Of a stretch of DNA of 18,088 nucleotides, positions 1-7,541 are shown piece by piece; position 1 is the first letter of the stretch; every line of letters starts with the position of its first letter. The notes under the pieces were generated by a model that was not told where the DNA came from, did no database searches, and saw nothing but the letters and a program-made list of their open reading frames with translations. The DNA comes from Bdellovibrionota bacterium (GTDB lineage Bacteria > Bdellovibrionota_C > UBA2361 > JBIKWN01). The stretch spans positions 1-18,088 of the forward strand of contig JBIKWN010000052.1 of NCBI GenBank assembly GCA_044356295.1, given 5' to 3'. Position numbers and translations under genes: made by a program.

Positions 1-70
<70 letters not shown>

Positions 71-84
71 TTCCGCGGGGCGGC

Positions 85-113
85 ATTATGTGGAAACTCG
101 GGCTGCATGTAAA
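85..113 (-). promoter_or_regulatory. sigma70-type promoter for the minus-strand tRNA-Thr(GGU)
   Basis: Minus strand: TTTACA (113-108), 17-nt spacer, CATAAT (90-85), then GC-rich discriminator GCCGCCCC, typical of stable-RNA promoters. Confidence 0.75.
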
Positions 114-132
114 CCCACGGAGAGGTCTAAGT

Positions 133-161
133 TTGCTGAATTTTTCGCGAAACCGTAAGAT
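133..161 (+). promoter_or_regulatory. Probable sigma70-type promoter towards tRNA-Thr(UGU)
   Basis: TTGCTG (133-138), 17-nt spacer, TAAGAT (156-161), then ACCGCACC. Back-to-back with the minus-strand promoter. Confidence 0.5.
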
Positions 162-239
162 ACCGCACCAACCTCTGTTATCGAAGCCGTGACAGCAGCA
201 ATCGGCTCATGTATGTACCCTCAATAATTCTTCACTCGC

Positions 240-312
240 GCTGACATAGCTCAACTGGTAGAGCAACTGATTTGTAATCAGTAGGTTATGGGTTCAAGTC
301 CCGTTGTCAGCT
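240..312 (+). tRNA. tRNA-Thr(UGU)
   Basis: GCTGACA-TA-GCTC-AACTGGTA-GAGC-A-ACTGA-TTTGTAA-TCAGT-AGGTT-ATGGG-TTCAAGT-CCCGT-TGTCAGC-T. 73 nt, anticodon TGT, CCA not encoded. Confidence 0.97.
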
Positions 313-365
313 TTGATTTTTCTTCCTTTTTTTCTCCCATCTTCTTTTTCATCCGTATTATTCAC

Positions 366-443
366 CCGTGACCATGACCGTGCGCGTAGGCGTTAGCGAA
401 AAAAATTCTCAGGTCACGCCTAAGCTCACGGTCATGGTCACGG
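366..443. repeat. Hexamer-periodic long inverted repeat (REP-like palindrome), copy A
   Basis: Arms 366-393 (CCGTGACCATGACCGTGCGCGTAGGCGT) and 416-443 are reverse complements with 2 mismatches in 28. Built of CCGTGA-like 6-mers. Related copy at 3660-3736. Confidence 0.9.
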
Positions 444-527
444 AAAGTAATCTAAGATTATTGAATTCCCTAAATCAACCACATCAATTATGTGCCAGAA
501 AAAAGTTGTGATATATTTCACCACAGT

Positions 528-600
<73 letters not shown>

Positions 601-602
601 AA

Positions 603-1418
603 TTAAATTTTTACAGTTTCTTTCTTTTCTAATTCACAATTCTCTGCAGCTGAATAATACCATTCCCCGTCGCTTCCTTGTTTGGTTATTCTTCCAGAGT
701 CTTCAAGAATTTTGATATTCAAATAGAAAGCATTTTCTATTACTTCATCCGAAAAATCATTTCCAAGTTTTTCTAAGAATCCTTCCAATAAATCATACGA
801 TTCAAGTGATTTTTTTTCGCGTAAAACAGCAACTATTGATTCAAGAGGGATTAATGGGTCAGGTTCTATCTCCTCTATTTCTGTTACAGATAGTGACATG
901 GGGCTCTGATTGGGATTTGAAAATTCAAAAATCGTTCTGTCTAACAGCGAAGCACCATCTTGAGAAAGTGTATAAGAAACAAGTCGATTTGAAGAATCAC
1001 TTGGATCAATAGAATAGATCCTCACTAACATTCCCCATCGATACCCAAGATCGATACACTCTCGGAGGTCTTCAAGGGGAAACATATATGCATCCGGATT
1101 ATTACGATGAAATTGTATTTTTGCTTTTTCAAAGATCTCTGATTCTCGGACTTCTTTTATAAAATTATTTTCAATAAAAATATCTTTTAGAAACGCACCA
1201 GTATTTTTTGTAAAGGTCCAATCTTCGCCATTTAATTTATGTGTAAAAAGCTCAATCAGTGCTTCTTCGTAAAATTCTTTTGCACGCTCTTTGCCAAGAG
1301 GAAGTTCTTGATATCGTACGGCTTGATTTTCAATAACTCGCTGCTCACGAATAACAAACGAAAGCTCGTTTAATTCAGAATGCGCCTCTGAGGCCGAATG
1401 TTGATCTGTTCTATCCAC
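603..1418 (-). CDS. Hypothetical protein (271 aa), possible C-terminal winged-helix domain
   Basis: Long ORF with GTG start. Its C-terminal ~70 aa show a three-helix plus beta-hairpin hydrophobic pattern. No family recognised with certainty. Confidence 0.75.
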   Translation of the reverse strand: MDRTDQHSASEAHSELNELSFVIREQRVIENQAVRYQELPLGKERAKEFYEEALIELFTHKLNGEDWTFTKNTGAFLKDIFIENNFIKEVRESEIFEKAKIQFHRNNPDAYMFPLEDLRECIDLGYRWGMLVRIYSIDPSDSSNRLVSYTLSQDGASLLDRTIFEFSNPNQSPMSLSVTEIEEIEPDPLIPLESIVAVLREKKSLESYDLLEGFLEKLGNDFSDEVIENAFYLNIKILEDSGRITKQGSDGEWYYSAAENCELEKKETVKI

Positions 1419-1561
1419 CTTATGTTAGATATGTGGGAATCGGCACAGCGGAGTGCTATTTTTTACTAGAGCGAATATTCGGTTCTTTTTTCTTGAATAT
1501 ATTCAACCATATAATTTTATAAATTTGAGTAAGGCTTCATCTGCGGCTACATTGTTACTCG

Positions 1562-2707
1562 ATGTTTAATCCTCTTGAAGTTCCGCCTTTTTTTGATGTC
1601 TTGGTCCTTCCACCATCAGATTGCCAAGAATCGTTAAGCCGCGCTCAGCGAGTTACTAATGGGAAACTTCTTCTTGTAAAAGATGAACTTATTGCAGAAG
1701 GCAAAGATGATTTTGATGAGCCTGTAAAAATTATGAGTTCATCCATTGCCGAGTACCCCAAAGGAGAGAGACCTAATCTTGATGATGCATTCTTTGAACC
1801 CTTACAGTTAAATTTCAAAAGAGAGATGGCGCTAAAAAATGTAGGTCCTGCCGATGATGTTTTTAACCAAGCGATCGATATACACACAGATGGTCGGATG
1901 ATTTGTAAGACATATAGTTACGGTAGAGATTCCGTTATTAGATTTGAAGGGTTTCATATTGATCACCCTAAAAAAAATCTGCCTATTCCATTCCCTGAAG
2001 ATTTGAATCCAATTTGTTTTCTTCAAAATGGGGATGTGCTTGTATTTCAGGATTTTCGTCAACAAGTAATTCGATTCAATGAAAATTCTGGGCAATGGTG
2101 TAATGTTTCTCCTGAAGGTCAGGAAGTAGTTTTTGGAAATATAGAAGATAGATACGGCTACAAATTTCTTTGTCCTACTACCGAAGAAGCTAATGTTTTT
2201 TTAGTTTCAGCCAATAATCCGAAACATACAGAAATCTCTAATTATTCAAATATCACGGGGCTTTCAGAATCAGGGGTCTTAATTGGGTTAGATAAACAAA
2301 AAAATCCTAGCTATTGGCACGAAAACGGCTCGACAGGACATTTAGCACTTTCGGATTCGATAGGCGACTCTTTTTGCTATCCATCTGTTATAAGCACGAA
2401 TCAAACTCCTCATGGATCTGTTGAAATGATTGTTGGAACTTGTGGAAAGTTGCACCAATCAGCCCAATATCAACCGAATCTATTAGAAGATGTATCATAC
2501 ACGTTTACTCCAAATCATGTTGCTCTTTGGGTAGCTTCTTCTGAAGACTTTGCCCAAGGTGTTTCGCCTGTTGGAGTCGACATTAATGAGCTTTGTATTG
2601 ATTCAGATGAACCAATAGTAGTAGCAACTGGTATGACAAATCAGCTTGATATATTAGCAACGACTTCAAGTGGTGATTCGGCATTACTTGTACGAAGAAT
2701 TTGGTAA
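1562..2707 (+). CDS. Hypothetical protein (381 aa) with divergent HAF-like beta-propeller repeats
   Basis: Long ORF with recurring motifs NQAIDIHTDGRMIC, NPICFLQNGDVLV, NITGLSESGVLIG and VATGMTNQLDILA, resembling the A-x-x-I-N-x-x-G-x-I-V-G repeat. No obvious signal peptide. Confidence 0.7.
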   Translation: MFNPLEVPPFFDVLVLPPSDCQESLSRAQRVTNGKLLLVKDELIAEGKDDFDEPVKIMSSSIAEYPKGERPNLDDAFFEPLQLNFKREMALKNVGPADDVFNQAIDIHTDGRMICKTYSYGRDSVIRFEGFHIDHPKKNLPIPFPEDLNPICFLQNGDVLVFQDFRQQVIRFNENSGQWCNVSPEGQEVVFGNIEDRYGYKFLCPTTEEANVFLVSANNPKHTEISNYSNITGLSESGVLIGLDKQKNPSYWHENGSTGHLALSDSIGDSFCYPSVISTNQTPHGSVEMIVGTCGKLHQSAQYQPNLLEDVSYTFTPNHVALWVASSEDFAQGVSPVGVDINELCIDSDEPIVVATGMTNQLDILATTSSGDSALLVRRIW

Positions 2708-2729
2708 GATATTTTTATATTATCTGCTT

Positions 2730-3560
2730 ATGTTTGATGAAAAAATAAAAATAACCAACTCGCAGGGTACCACAAACAAAGCATTAGCTTACACGCCTGA
2801 TGAACTAAAAATCGAACAGAGTACTTATGTAAATGAACTAGCTCAAGTCGTAACCTACATCCATCGCCCTCTTAATGTTTTCTCTCTTGAAGCCATTCCT
2901 GAGTGGGCGTACCAAGCTGCATCACTTGCATGGAATGATATTCGAGGCGGTAGATTTACTACTGAAATCTTTAAAGCAGAAACTATTCTTATGCAAAATC
3001 TTATAGAGATTGCTAAAGATGGTGACCTGCAGATGTATGATTCGAATGGTAGAATTGATGTTTCAACAATACTCAGCGTATTATCGCAACAGCTTGGATT
3101 TGAAGATTACGTTTCTTATTCACCTTCATTGTTGATTGTGCATGAAGTGTTAGGTTTAGGTAACGTCAGCTACCGAGGAGGAGCAATGGCTTCACAGGGC
3201 GTTGCTGTTGTATCCCTTCATGCGATAGAAAAACTGATATCGGCAGCAAAGAGCAATTCAGATTTTGATAATGCAAATATATTTACAGATGAGCAACTAT
3301 CCACAGAGCTTCTACGAAGGTTAATCCGTCACGAATTAGGACACCTTCATATGTTACCCGATGTCATGAATGGTCCAGTTGTAAAAGAGAAGGGAGCACA
3401 CTGTCCGGGCGAGGCAGTTTGTTGCATGCGTTCAGCAAGTAATGATGAGATTTGGATTGAGCAGATTGGTTCTGAAATTAAACATCAAAATCAGAGTGGT
3501 AATTGTTTTTGTTCTTATTGCTTGGCTCAGCTTGATGCGCTTAGTTTGAGCATTTCATAG
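2730..3560 (+). CDS. Archaemetzincin-like (peptidase M54-like) zinc metalloprotease
   Basis: HELGH zinc motif followed by HC-x4-VCCM and a C-terminal CSYC. Start taken at ATG 2730 (MFDEK) to avoid overlap with the upstream gene. Confidence 0.75.
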   Translation: MFDEKIKITNSQGTTNKALAYTPDELKIEQSTYVNELAQVVTYIHRPLNVFSLEAIPEWAYQAASLAWNDIRGGRFTTEIFKAETILMQNLIEIAKDGDLQMYDSNGRIDVSTILSVLSQQLGFEDYVSYSPSLLIVHEVLGLGNVSYRGGAMASQGVAVVSLHAIEKLISAAKSNSDFDNANIFTDEQLSTELLRRLIRHELGHLHMLPDVMNGPVVKEKGAHCPGEAVCCMRSASNDEIWIEQIGSEIKHQNQSGNCFCSYCLAQLDALSLSIS

Positions 3561-3579
3561 AAGATGAGGGAGGTATGTA

Positions 3580-3596
3580 TTCGATTCCCTCGCCCC
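3580..3596 (+). repeat. 17-bp inverted copy of the tRNA-Trp 3' portion (T-loop to acceptor stem)
   Basis: TTCGATTCCCTCGCCCC at 3580-3596 is the exact reverse complement of 3804-3820. Confidence 0.85.
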
Positions 3597-3637
3597 CAAT
3601 GATTGAATCTAAAAAGCGAGAGCAACGAGCGTGGCCC

Positions 3638-3761
3638 CAATGTCATTAAGTTAAGGATTTTCACCCGTGACCTTGACCGTAGGCGTGAGCGTGACCTGTT
3701 CTTTTTCGTTCACGCCTAAGCTCACGGTCACGGGGATCATGTGCTTAACTTAATGACATTG
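3638..3761. mobile_element. 124-bp non-autonomous MITE with IS4-like ends
   Basis: Perfect 18-bp TIRs CAATGTCATTAAGTTAAG (3638-3655 and 3744-3761) flanked by 11-bp direct repeats GAGCGTGGCCC (3627-3637) and GAGCATGGCCC (3762-3772). No transposase inside. Confidence 0.85.
3660..3736. repeat. Hexamer-periodic palindrome, copy B (inside the MITE)
   Basis: CCGTGA CCTTGA CCGTAG GCGTGA GCGTGA CC ... TCACGCCTAAGCTCACGGTCACGG. Shares the exact 21-mer TCACGCCTAAGCTCACGGTCA and TTCACCCGTGACCnTGACCGT with copy A. Confidence 0.9.
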
Positions 3762-3800
3762 GAGCATGGCCCGGAGCGGCGAGCGCGAAAAAAAAGTATA

Positions 3801-3873
3801 CACGGGGCGAGGGAATCGAACCCCCAACCGACGGATTTGGAATCCGTAACTCTACCAATTGAGCTAGCCCCGT
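3801..3873 (-). tRNA. tRNA-Trp(CCA)
   Basis: Reverse complement reads ACGGGGC-TA-GCTC-AATTGGTA-GAGT-T-ACGGA-TTCCAAA-TCCGT-CGGTT-GGGGG-TTCGATT-CCCTC-GCCCCGT-G. Anticodon CCA, G73 discriminator, 3' CCA not encoded. Confidence 0.96.
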
Positions 3874-3883
3874 ATGTTGGGTA

Positions 3884-3912
3884 AGAATAGCAAGACCAGA
3901 GAGGATCTTCAA
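3884..3912 (-). promoter_or_regulatory. sigma70-type promoter for tRNA-Trp
   Basis: Minus strand: TTGAAG (3912-3907), 17-nt spacer, TATTCT (3889-3884) with an extended -10 TGn, ending 10 nt upstream of the tRNA. Confidence 0.65.
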
Positions 3913-3958
3913 TTTTTGGTTCTTGTGACTTTAAATAGTGCAATTTATGCTCTTTGGT

Positions 3959-4459
3959 ATGATTAAACTGCAAAATATTTTTTTTAGAAGATCTAGGGTT
4001 TTAAGTTTTTTCTCTTCTTTTTTGTTTATTTTGCTTGCATTCGCTGTCATACCATCAGAATCAATAGCACAAACTCTCGGTGTTCTGTGTATGAACTCCT
4101 CCACGAAAACCATTACGGTAGAGAAAGCTTGCACAAAAACTCAAGTAAGATTGTCAGGTGCAAATATGCCTTCAACTCCATTCATTAATTCAAAATGTTA
4201 TACTCAAAAAGGTCAAGCATCTGATGGTTCATATAACGGAAAAGTCGCAGTAGCGCTCTCTTGTCGTACTGGTGATGTTGTCGTTTCTGATAGCTTTGAT
4301 ACTTCTGATGCAACAAGAGCAAATCCAAAACTTTCTTCAAAAACTTTAATTTTTACAGGATCATTGAAAGGGGCTACCGGAGTTCAATTTGAAACTCAAG
4401 GTGAAGCAAATAAATTCTATTCCATATCTGCTACGATACTTTGTTGTCCAGGTACATAA
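3959..4459 (+). CDS. Secreted cysteine-containing hypothetical protein
   Basis: Basic N-terminus, hydrophobic stretch and S-I-A cleavage-like site suggest a signal peptide. Six Cys in the mature part, ending ILCCPGT. Start uncertain (3938, 3947 or 3959). Confidence 0.75.
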   Translation: MIKLQNIFFRRSRVLSFFSSFLFILLAFAVIPSESIAQTLGVLCMNSSTKTITVEKACTKTQVRLSGANMPSTPFINSKCYTQKGQASDGSYNGKVAVALSCRTGDVVVSDSFDTSDATRANPKLSSKTLIFTGSLKGATGVQFETQGEANKFYSISATILCCPGT

Positions 4460-4547
4460 TCATTTTTGAAATAAGGCAAGGATATACTGTTACCTAGAGT
4501 GACGGACACTCCTAGTGCAATTTGTGCGTGATTAAAGTCTGAATATC

Positions 4548-5297
4548 TCACTCATTTACAGCAACTTTTCCCTCTTGACTATGAAGCCAAGAATCAATCT
4601 CTTCTTGGTTACAACTCATCAGAAGTCTATTATTAACATGCTCAATTGCAGCGTAAATTTCAGTATCATCGGTACAAGCAATAGTGAGCGCGATAAGTTG
4701 TTTTTCGAGTTCTTTCAAAAGTCTTATTGCTGACTGAAGTGCTTGACCAGAGATATCTTGAAATGATTGCGCCATGACAACATTGTGATTTGCAAGTTGC
4801 ATAGTATTTGAACGTTCTTTCAATTGATTCAAAAGGCTGAATGCTTCGCCAGGAATCTCTGCTGATGAAGAACGAAGTAAATCTTCAAGATTCTTAAGGT
4901 CGTTTTTTTGATCACGGATAGTAAATGCGTTTTTTTCACAGATTTCTAAAGTGTTATCTGTTGCTTGAAAACTCATCTGGATTACTTCTTCCAGCTTTGT
5001 AGCTGCACGAGGAAGTCCGCCATCTTCAGTTATTTCAAGTGCATTTCGAAAATCTTCTATTAATTTATGGACTGCAGCGTTAATTGAGCTCATTTTTACA
5101 ATGAGTGCATCTTCATCGGTTACACCCAAAGAACGGAGTGACATGACGATTGAGTTAGGCTCGTTATTTTTAATGCCTTCAAGCAGAAGGTACATTGAGG
5201 ATAGAGCAAGTTCTCTTCGTGCATTAAGGGCAGAAGAGAGTCTTTGCATTGATTCGGAGTTAGTTTCTTTCATAGTTAAGATTGCCTTCGGCACCAT
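4548..5297 (-). CDS. cheZ: CheZ-family protein phosphatase
   Basis: LPRAATKLEEVIQMSFQATDNTLEICE helix, catalytic MAQSFQDISGQ (DxxxQ) motif, and C-terminal NQEEIDSWL resembling the CheY-binding peptide. Start 5297 or 5273. Confidence 0.85.
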   Translation of the reverse strand: MVPKAILTMKETNSESMQRLSSALNARRELALSSMYLLLEGIKNNEPNSIVMSLRSLGVTDEDALIVKMSSINAAVHKLIEDFRNALEITEDGGLPRAATKLEEVIQMSFQATDNTLEICEKNAFTIRDQKNDLKNLEDLLRSSSAEIPGEAFSLLNQLKERSNTMQLANHNVVMAQSFQDISGQALQSAIRLLKELEKQLIALTIACTDDTEIYAAIEHVNNRLLMSCNQEEIDSWLHSQEGKVAVNE

Positions 5298-5384
5298 TTT
5301 TTGAATACTTTTCGTTTGGAGTGAAAAAAACGACTAAAAGTCAAAAATCATAACCTCTGGTAATTACTCGTAATCTTGCCTTGT

Positions 5385-5413
5385 TTGATCTACGTACCTG
5401 TTTCTGGTAATTT
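5385..5413 (+). promoter_or_regulatory. Probable promoter of the secE-nusG-rpl-rpo cluster
   Basis: TTGATC (5385-5390), 17-nt spacer, TAATTT (5408-5413) with extended -10 TGn. Confidence 0.55.
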
Positions 5414-5482
5414 TCATGACTCTTCGGTTTTGGGGGAACCCCCTCTAAATAACCGAAAAGTTTAAGCAAACAATCAATTGTT

Positions 5483-5701
5483 ATGACTAACGATCAGAAA
5501 GATTCCGTTAGTTCCGGGCACTTTGGCTCTGGGAACTACTTAACGGACAGCATTGCTGAACTTCGTAAAGTTTCGACTCCAACGAAGCAAGAAGCTATGC
5601 AGGCCACTTGGGTTACGCTGATCATTATTGCATTCATGTCGTTGTGCTTGTTTTTTATGGATTACTTTTTCCATACAGTGGTTTCGTTCTTGGTGTTATA
5701 G
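5483..5701 (+). CDS. secE: Preprotein translocase subunit SecE (single-TM type)
   Basis: ELRKVSTPTKQE matches the ELxKVxWP-like motif, followed by one TM helix. Located before nusG. Confidence 0.93.
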   Translation: MTNDQKDSVSSGHFGSGNYLTDSIAELRKVSTPTKQEAMQATWVTLIIIAFMSLCLFFMDYFFHTVVSFLVL

Positions 5702-5735
5702 ATTTTTTAATTTTGTCTCTTTTTGGTAAAACAAC

Positions 5736-6320
5736 GTGTCAACGTCTGAAGAAACAGTTACAGCACAGCAGGACTCTCCTACTGCAAATCCAAAGCTTGC
5801 GTGGTATGTTGTTCATGCTTATTCAGGATTTGAAGCCAAAGCAAAGCAAACTCTTGAAGAGCGTATAAGACAGTGCTCATTTGCTGATAAATTCGGCGAA
5901 ATACATGTTCCACAAGAAACTGTCGTTGAGCTTGTAAAAGGACAGAAGAAAACTTCAAGTCGTAAATTTTTCCCAAGTTATATCTTAGTTCAGATGGAAC
6001 TTAACGAAGATACTTGGCACCTTGTTAAAGAAACTCCAAAAATCACTGGTTTTGTTGGTGATGCAAAAGATCCTTCACCGATAAGCCTCGAAGAAGTAGA
6101 CAGGATAATGAACCAGGTTCAAGAAGGTTCAGCTTCTCCTCGTTCGAAAATGAGTTTTGAGCACGGTGAAACAGTAAAAGTTATCGATGGTCCGTTTGCA
6201 GAGTTTAGCGGGACAGTTGAAGAAGTTAAGCCTGACAAACAAAAAGTCAAAGTACTTATTAGTATATTTGGTCGTGCAACTCCGGTTGAACTTGATTTTA
6301 TGCAAGTTGAAAAGAGTTAA
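5736..6320 (+). CDS. nusG: Transcription termination/antitermination factor NusG
   Basis: [20 protein letters not shown] and KOW domain [15 protein letters not shown]...[16 protein letters not shown] start. Confidence 0.99.
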   Translation: MSTSEETVTAQQDSPTANPKLAWYVVHAYSGFEAKAKQTLEERIRQCSFADKFGEIHVPQETVVELVKGQKKTSSRKFFPSYILVQMELNEDTWHLVKETPKITGFVGDAKDPSPISLEEVDRIMNQVQEGSASPRSKMSFEHGETVKVIDGPFAEFSGTVEEVKPDKQKVKVLISIFGRATPVELDFMQVEKS

Positions 6321-6351
6321 TTTAATTTTTCAGAATAGATGAGAACGAAGT

Positions 6352-6777
6352 ATGGCAAAAGAGATTACCGCATTAGTAAAATTACAAATTAAAGCAGGAC
6401 AAGCAAATCCAGCTCCTCCGATTGGTCCCGTACTAGGTCAACACGGCGTGAACATTATGGAGTTCTGTAAGCAGTTCAATGCAAGAACTCAAAAAACTAT
6501 GGGAGAAGTTACTCCAGTTGTTCTTACCGTTTACAAAGATAGATCGTTTACTTTTGAAGTTAAAACACCACCGGTGTCATACCTTCTTAAGAAAGCAGCT
6601 AATATCGAGAGCGGATCAAAAGTACCGAACAGAGATAAAGTTGCAGTGATTGCAAAAAGCAAAGTGCAAGAAATTGCTCAGCTTAAGATGCAAGACCTTA
6701 ACGTAAACGATATCGCAGCAGCTATGAAATGTATCGCAGGTACAGCTCGAAGCATGGGCATAGATATTAAAGATTAA
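6352..6777 (+). CDS. rplK: 50S ribosomal protein L11
   Basis: [30 protein letters not shown] and [10 protein letters not shown]. Confidence 0.99.
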   Translation: MAKEITALVKLQIKAGQANPAPPIGPVLGQHGVNIMEFCKQFNARTQKTMGEVTPVVLTVYKDRSFTFEVKTPPVSYLLKKAANIESGSKVPNRDKVAVIAKSKVQEIAQLKMQDLNVNDIAAAMKCIAGTARSMGIDIKD

Positions 6778-6812
6778 GTTTTTCAAAAATTCAGAAAAGA
6801 GAGATACAGAAA

Positions 6813-7523
6813 GTGGCACAGTTAGGAAAAAAAACAGGTAAGCGTTTTAAGAAGGTTGCAGCGCTTGTAGATTTTGAAAAGTCATATGCATTAGGTGAAG
6901 CATGTGAAGTTATCGCTAAAACTGCATCAGCAAAATTTGATGAAACAGTTGAAGTGGTTGTTTGTCTTGGTGTTGATCCAAGAAAAGCAGATCAAAACGT
7001 ACGTGGTACAACTGCACTTCCGCATGGACTTGGAAAAAATGTTCGTGTTGCAGTATTTGCAAAAGGTGAAAAAGCTAAAGAAGCTGAAGCCGCTGGCGCA
7101 GATATCGTAGGAGCAGATGACCTAGCAGAAAAAATCAAAGGTGGATTCTTTGACTTTGATACTGTTGTTGCTACACCAGATATGATGGGCCAAGTAGGTA
7201 AAGTAGGTAAATTATTAGGCCCACGTGGTTTAATGCCATCACCTAAAGTTGGAACAGTTACGTTTGATGTAACTGCAACTGTAAAATCAATCAAAGCAGG
7301 TAGAGCAGAGTTTCGTGTTGATAAAGCAGGACTTGTTCACTCAGCTGTTGGAAAAGCTTCTTTTGGAAAAGATAAAATCCTTGAGAATGCCACTGCTCTT
7401 ATCTCAGCTCTTAACAGAGCAAAACCACAAACAAGCAAAGGCGTGTATATCAAGTCTGCTGCTATGTCATTAACTATGGGTCCTGGAGTCAGGCTCGACC
7501 CGTCATCGATCAGAAACGTATAA
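6813..7523 (+). CDS. rplA: 50S ribosomal protein L1
   Basis: [22 protein letters not shown] and [19 protein letters not shown] start. Confidence 0.99.
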   Translation: MAQLGKKTGKRFKKVAALVDFEKSYALGEACEVIAKTASAKFDETVEVVVCLGVDPRKADQNVRGTTALPHGLGKNVRVAVFAKGEKAKEAEAAGADIVGADDLAEKIKGGFFDFDTVVATPDMMGQVGKVGKLLGPRGLMPSPKVGTVTFDVTATVKSIKAGRAEFRVDKAGLVHSAVGKASFGKDKILENATALISALNRAKPQTSKGVYIKSAAMSLTMGPGVRLDPSSIRNV

Positions 7524-7541
7524 GTAGGGAACCTAAAGACA

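Noticed and set aside
312..354. Pyrimidine-rich tract after tRNA-Thr(UGU)
   Set aside because: Low-complexity T/C run consistent with an ordinary tRNA trailer or termination region.
361..443. CRISPR array interpretation of the CCGTGA repeats (also 3660-3736)
   Set aside because: The units are degenerate 6-mers forming inverted arms. There are no constant direct repeats with unique spacers and no cas genes.
601..3600. Classical integrase-driven island or prophage at tRNA-Thr(GGU)
   Set aside because: No integrase or phage gene, and I found no direct-repeat copy of the tRNA-Thr 3' end. The only tRNA fragment seen derives from tRNA-Trp.
3737..3973. 78-aa minus-strand ORF
   Set aside because: It reads through the tRNA-Trp gene and the MITE end, so it is spurious.
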